NCBI RefSeq assembly: GCF_964355755.1
Contig: NC_092674.1
Location: forward strand, 15,190,001-15,254,000
From: Antedon mediterranea
Lineage: Eukaryota > Animalia > Echinodermata
Reading direction: 5' to 3'
Length of the DNA: 64,000 nt
Shown here: positions 62,801-64,000 of the stretch, piece after piece
Numbering within the stretch: position 1 is the stretch's first letter
How the letters are laid out: the number at the start of each line of letters is the position of its first letter
Position numbers and translations under genes: made by a program
The notes under the pieces: generated by a model
What the model was told of the DNA's origin: nothing
The model's input: the letters and a program-made list of their open reading frames with translations, nothing else
Databases searched by the model: none

Positions 62801-64000
62801 CTCTGGACACAAATATCAACCCTCTTATCTTACTCTGGACACAAATATCAACCCTATTATCTTACTCTGGACACAAATATCAACCCTCTTATCTTACTCT
62901 GGACACAAATATCAACCCTCTTATCTTACTCTGGACACAAATATCAACCCTATTATCTTACTCTGGACACAAATATCAACCCTCTTATCTTACTCTGGAC
63001 ACAAATATCAACCCTATTATCTTACTCTGGACACAAATATCAACCCTCTTATCTTACTCTGGACACAAATATCAACCCTCTTATCTTACTCTGGACACAA
63101 ATATCAACCCTCTTATCTTACTCTGGACACAAATATCAACCCTATTATCTTACTCTGGACACAAATATCAACCCTCTTATCTTACTCTGGACACAAATAT
63201 CAACCCTATTATCTTACTCTGGACACAAATATCAACCCTATTATCTTACTCTGGACACAAATATCAACCCTCTTATCTTACTCTGGACACAAATATCAAC
63301 CCTATTATCTTACTCTGGACACAAATATCAACCCTCTTATCTTACTCTGGACACAAATATCAACCCTATTATCTTACTCTGGACACAAATATCAACCCTA
63401 TTATCTTACTCTGGACACAAATATCAACCCTATTATCTTACTCTGGACACAAATATCAACCCTATTATCTTACTCTGGACACAAATATCAACCCTATTAT
63501 CTTACTCTGGACACAAATATCATCCCTATTATCTTACTCTGGACACAAATATCATCCCTCTTATCTTACTCTGGACACAAATATCAACCCTCTTATCTTA
63601 CTCTGGACACAAATATCAACCCTCTTATCTTACTCTGGACACAAATATCAACCCTCTTATCTTACTCTGGACACAAATATCAACCCTCTTATCTTACTCT
63701 GGACACAAATATCAACCCTCTTATCTTACTCTGGACACAAATATCAACCCTATTATCTTACTCTGGACACAAATATCAACCCTATTATCTTACTCTGGAC
63801 ACAAATATCAACCCTTTTATCTTACTCTGGACACAAATATCAACCCTCTTATCTTACTCTGGACACAAATATCAACCCTATTATCTTACTCTGGACACAA
63901 ATATCAACCCTATTATCTTACTCTGGACACAAATATCAACCCTATTATCTTACTCTGGACACAAATTTAGTATTCTAGGATTCACAGAAACATGGATTAA
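59860..64000 (+). mobile_element. L2/Crack/Daphne-group LINE 5' portion: 5' UTR, ORF1 (60058-~60830, frameshifted), ORF2 endonuclease start split by a minisatellite
   Basis: ORF1 coiled coil then LEQYSRRNCLILYGVPE..NENTD..DIDRSHRLG..RGIIIKF..IHENLT..WTQDGRI; ORF2 FSLLHLNSRSL..HFDEISTLLSYSGHK[array]FSILGFTETWI. Confidence 0.88.
61176..63966 (+). repeat. 32-bp minisatellite, 87 copies plus one 3-bp insertion
   Basis: aaatatca(a/t)ccct(c/a)ttatcttactctggacac; 2787 bp = 87x32+3. Confidence 0.97.

Noticed and set aside
61133-63970. 945-aa repeat protein as a real gene
   Set aside because: It is the by-product of a stop-free 32-bp unit expanded within a LINE endonuclease

Overview
AT-rich eukaryotic (animal, probably marine invertebrate; inference) DNA made almost entirely of nested, mostly decayed transposable elements. 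No intact host gene, rRNA/tRNA gene or CRISPR array is visible. 1-12 kb is a patchwork of short TE fragments. 12-22.5 kb is a ~5 kb segmental duplication (CACTA/EnSpm + pogo remnants) with a Copia 5' fragment at its junction and piggyBac-type MITEs. 23-24 kb carries a degenerate repeat ORF with two embedded ~90-bp 28S rRNA fragments. 32.5-37.1 kb is a 17x54-bp minisatellite derived from a LINE RT coding segment, abutting a near full-length CR1-group LINE with a 2A-like motif. 37.2-57.9 kb is a ~7-kb unit in three tandem copies: Gmr1-type LTR element, an 11-exon THAP/Kolobok-type transposase whose last exon is fused in frame to a pogo pipsqueak-type HTH, and an L2 RT junction. From 59.9 kb to the end is an L2-group LINE whose endonuclease is split by an 87x32-bp minisatellite. 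All family assignments come from recalled motifs, not from database searches.
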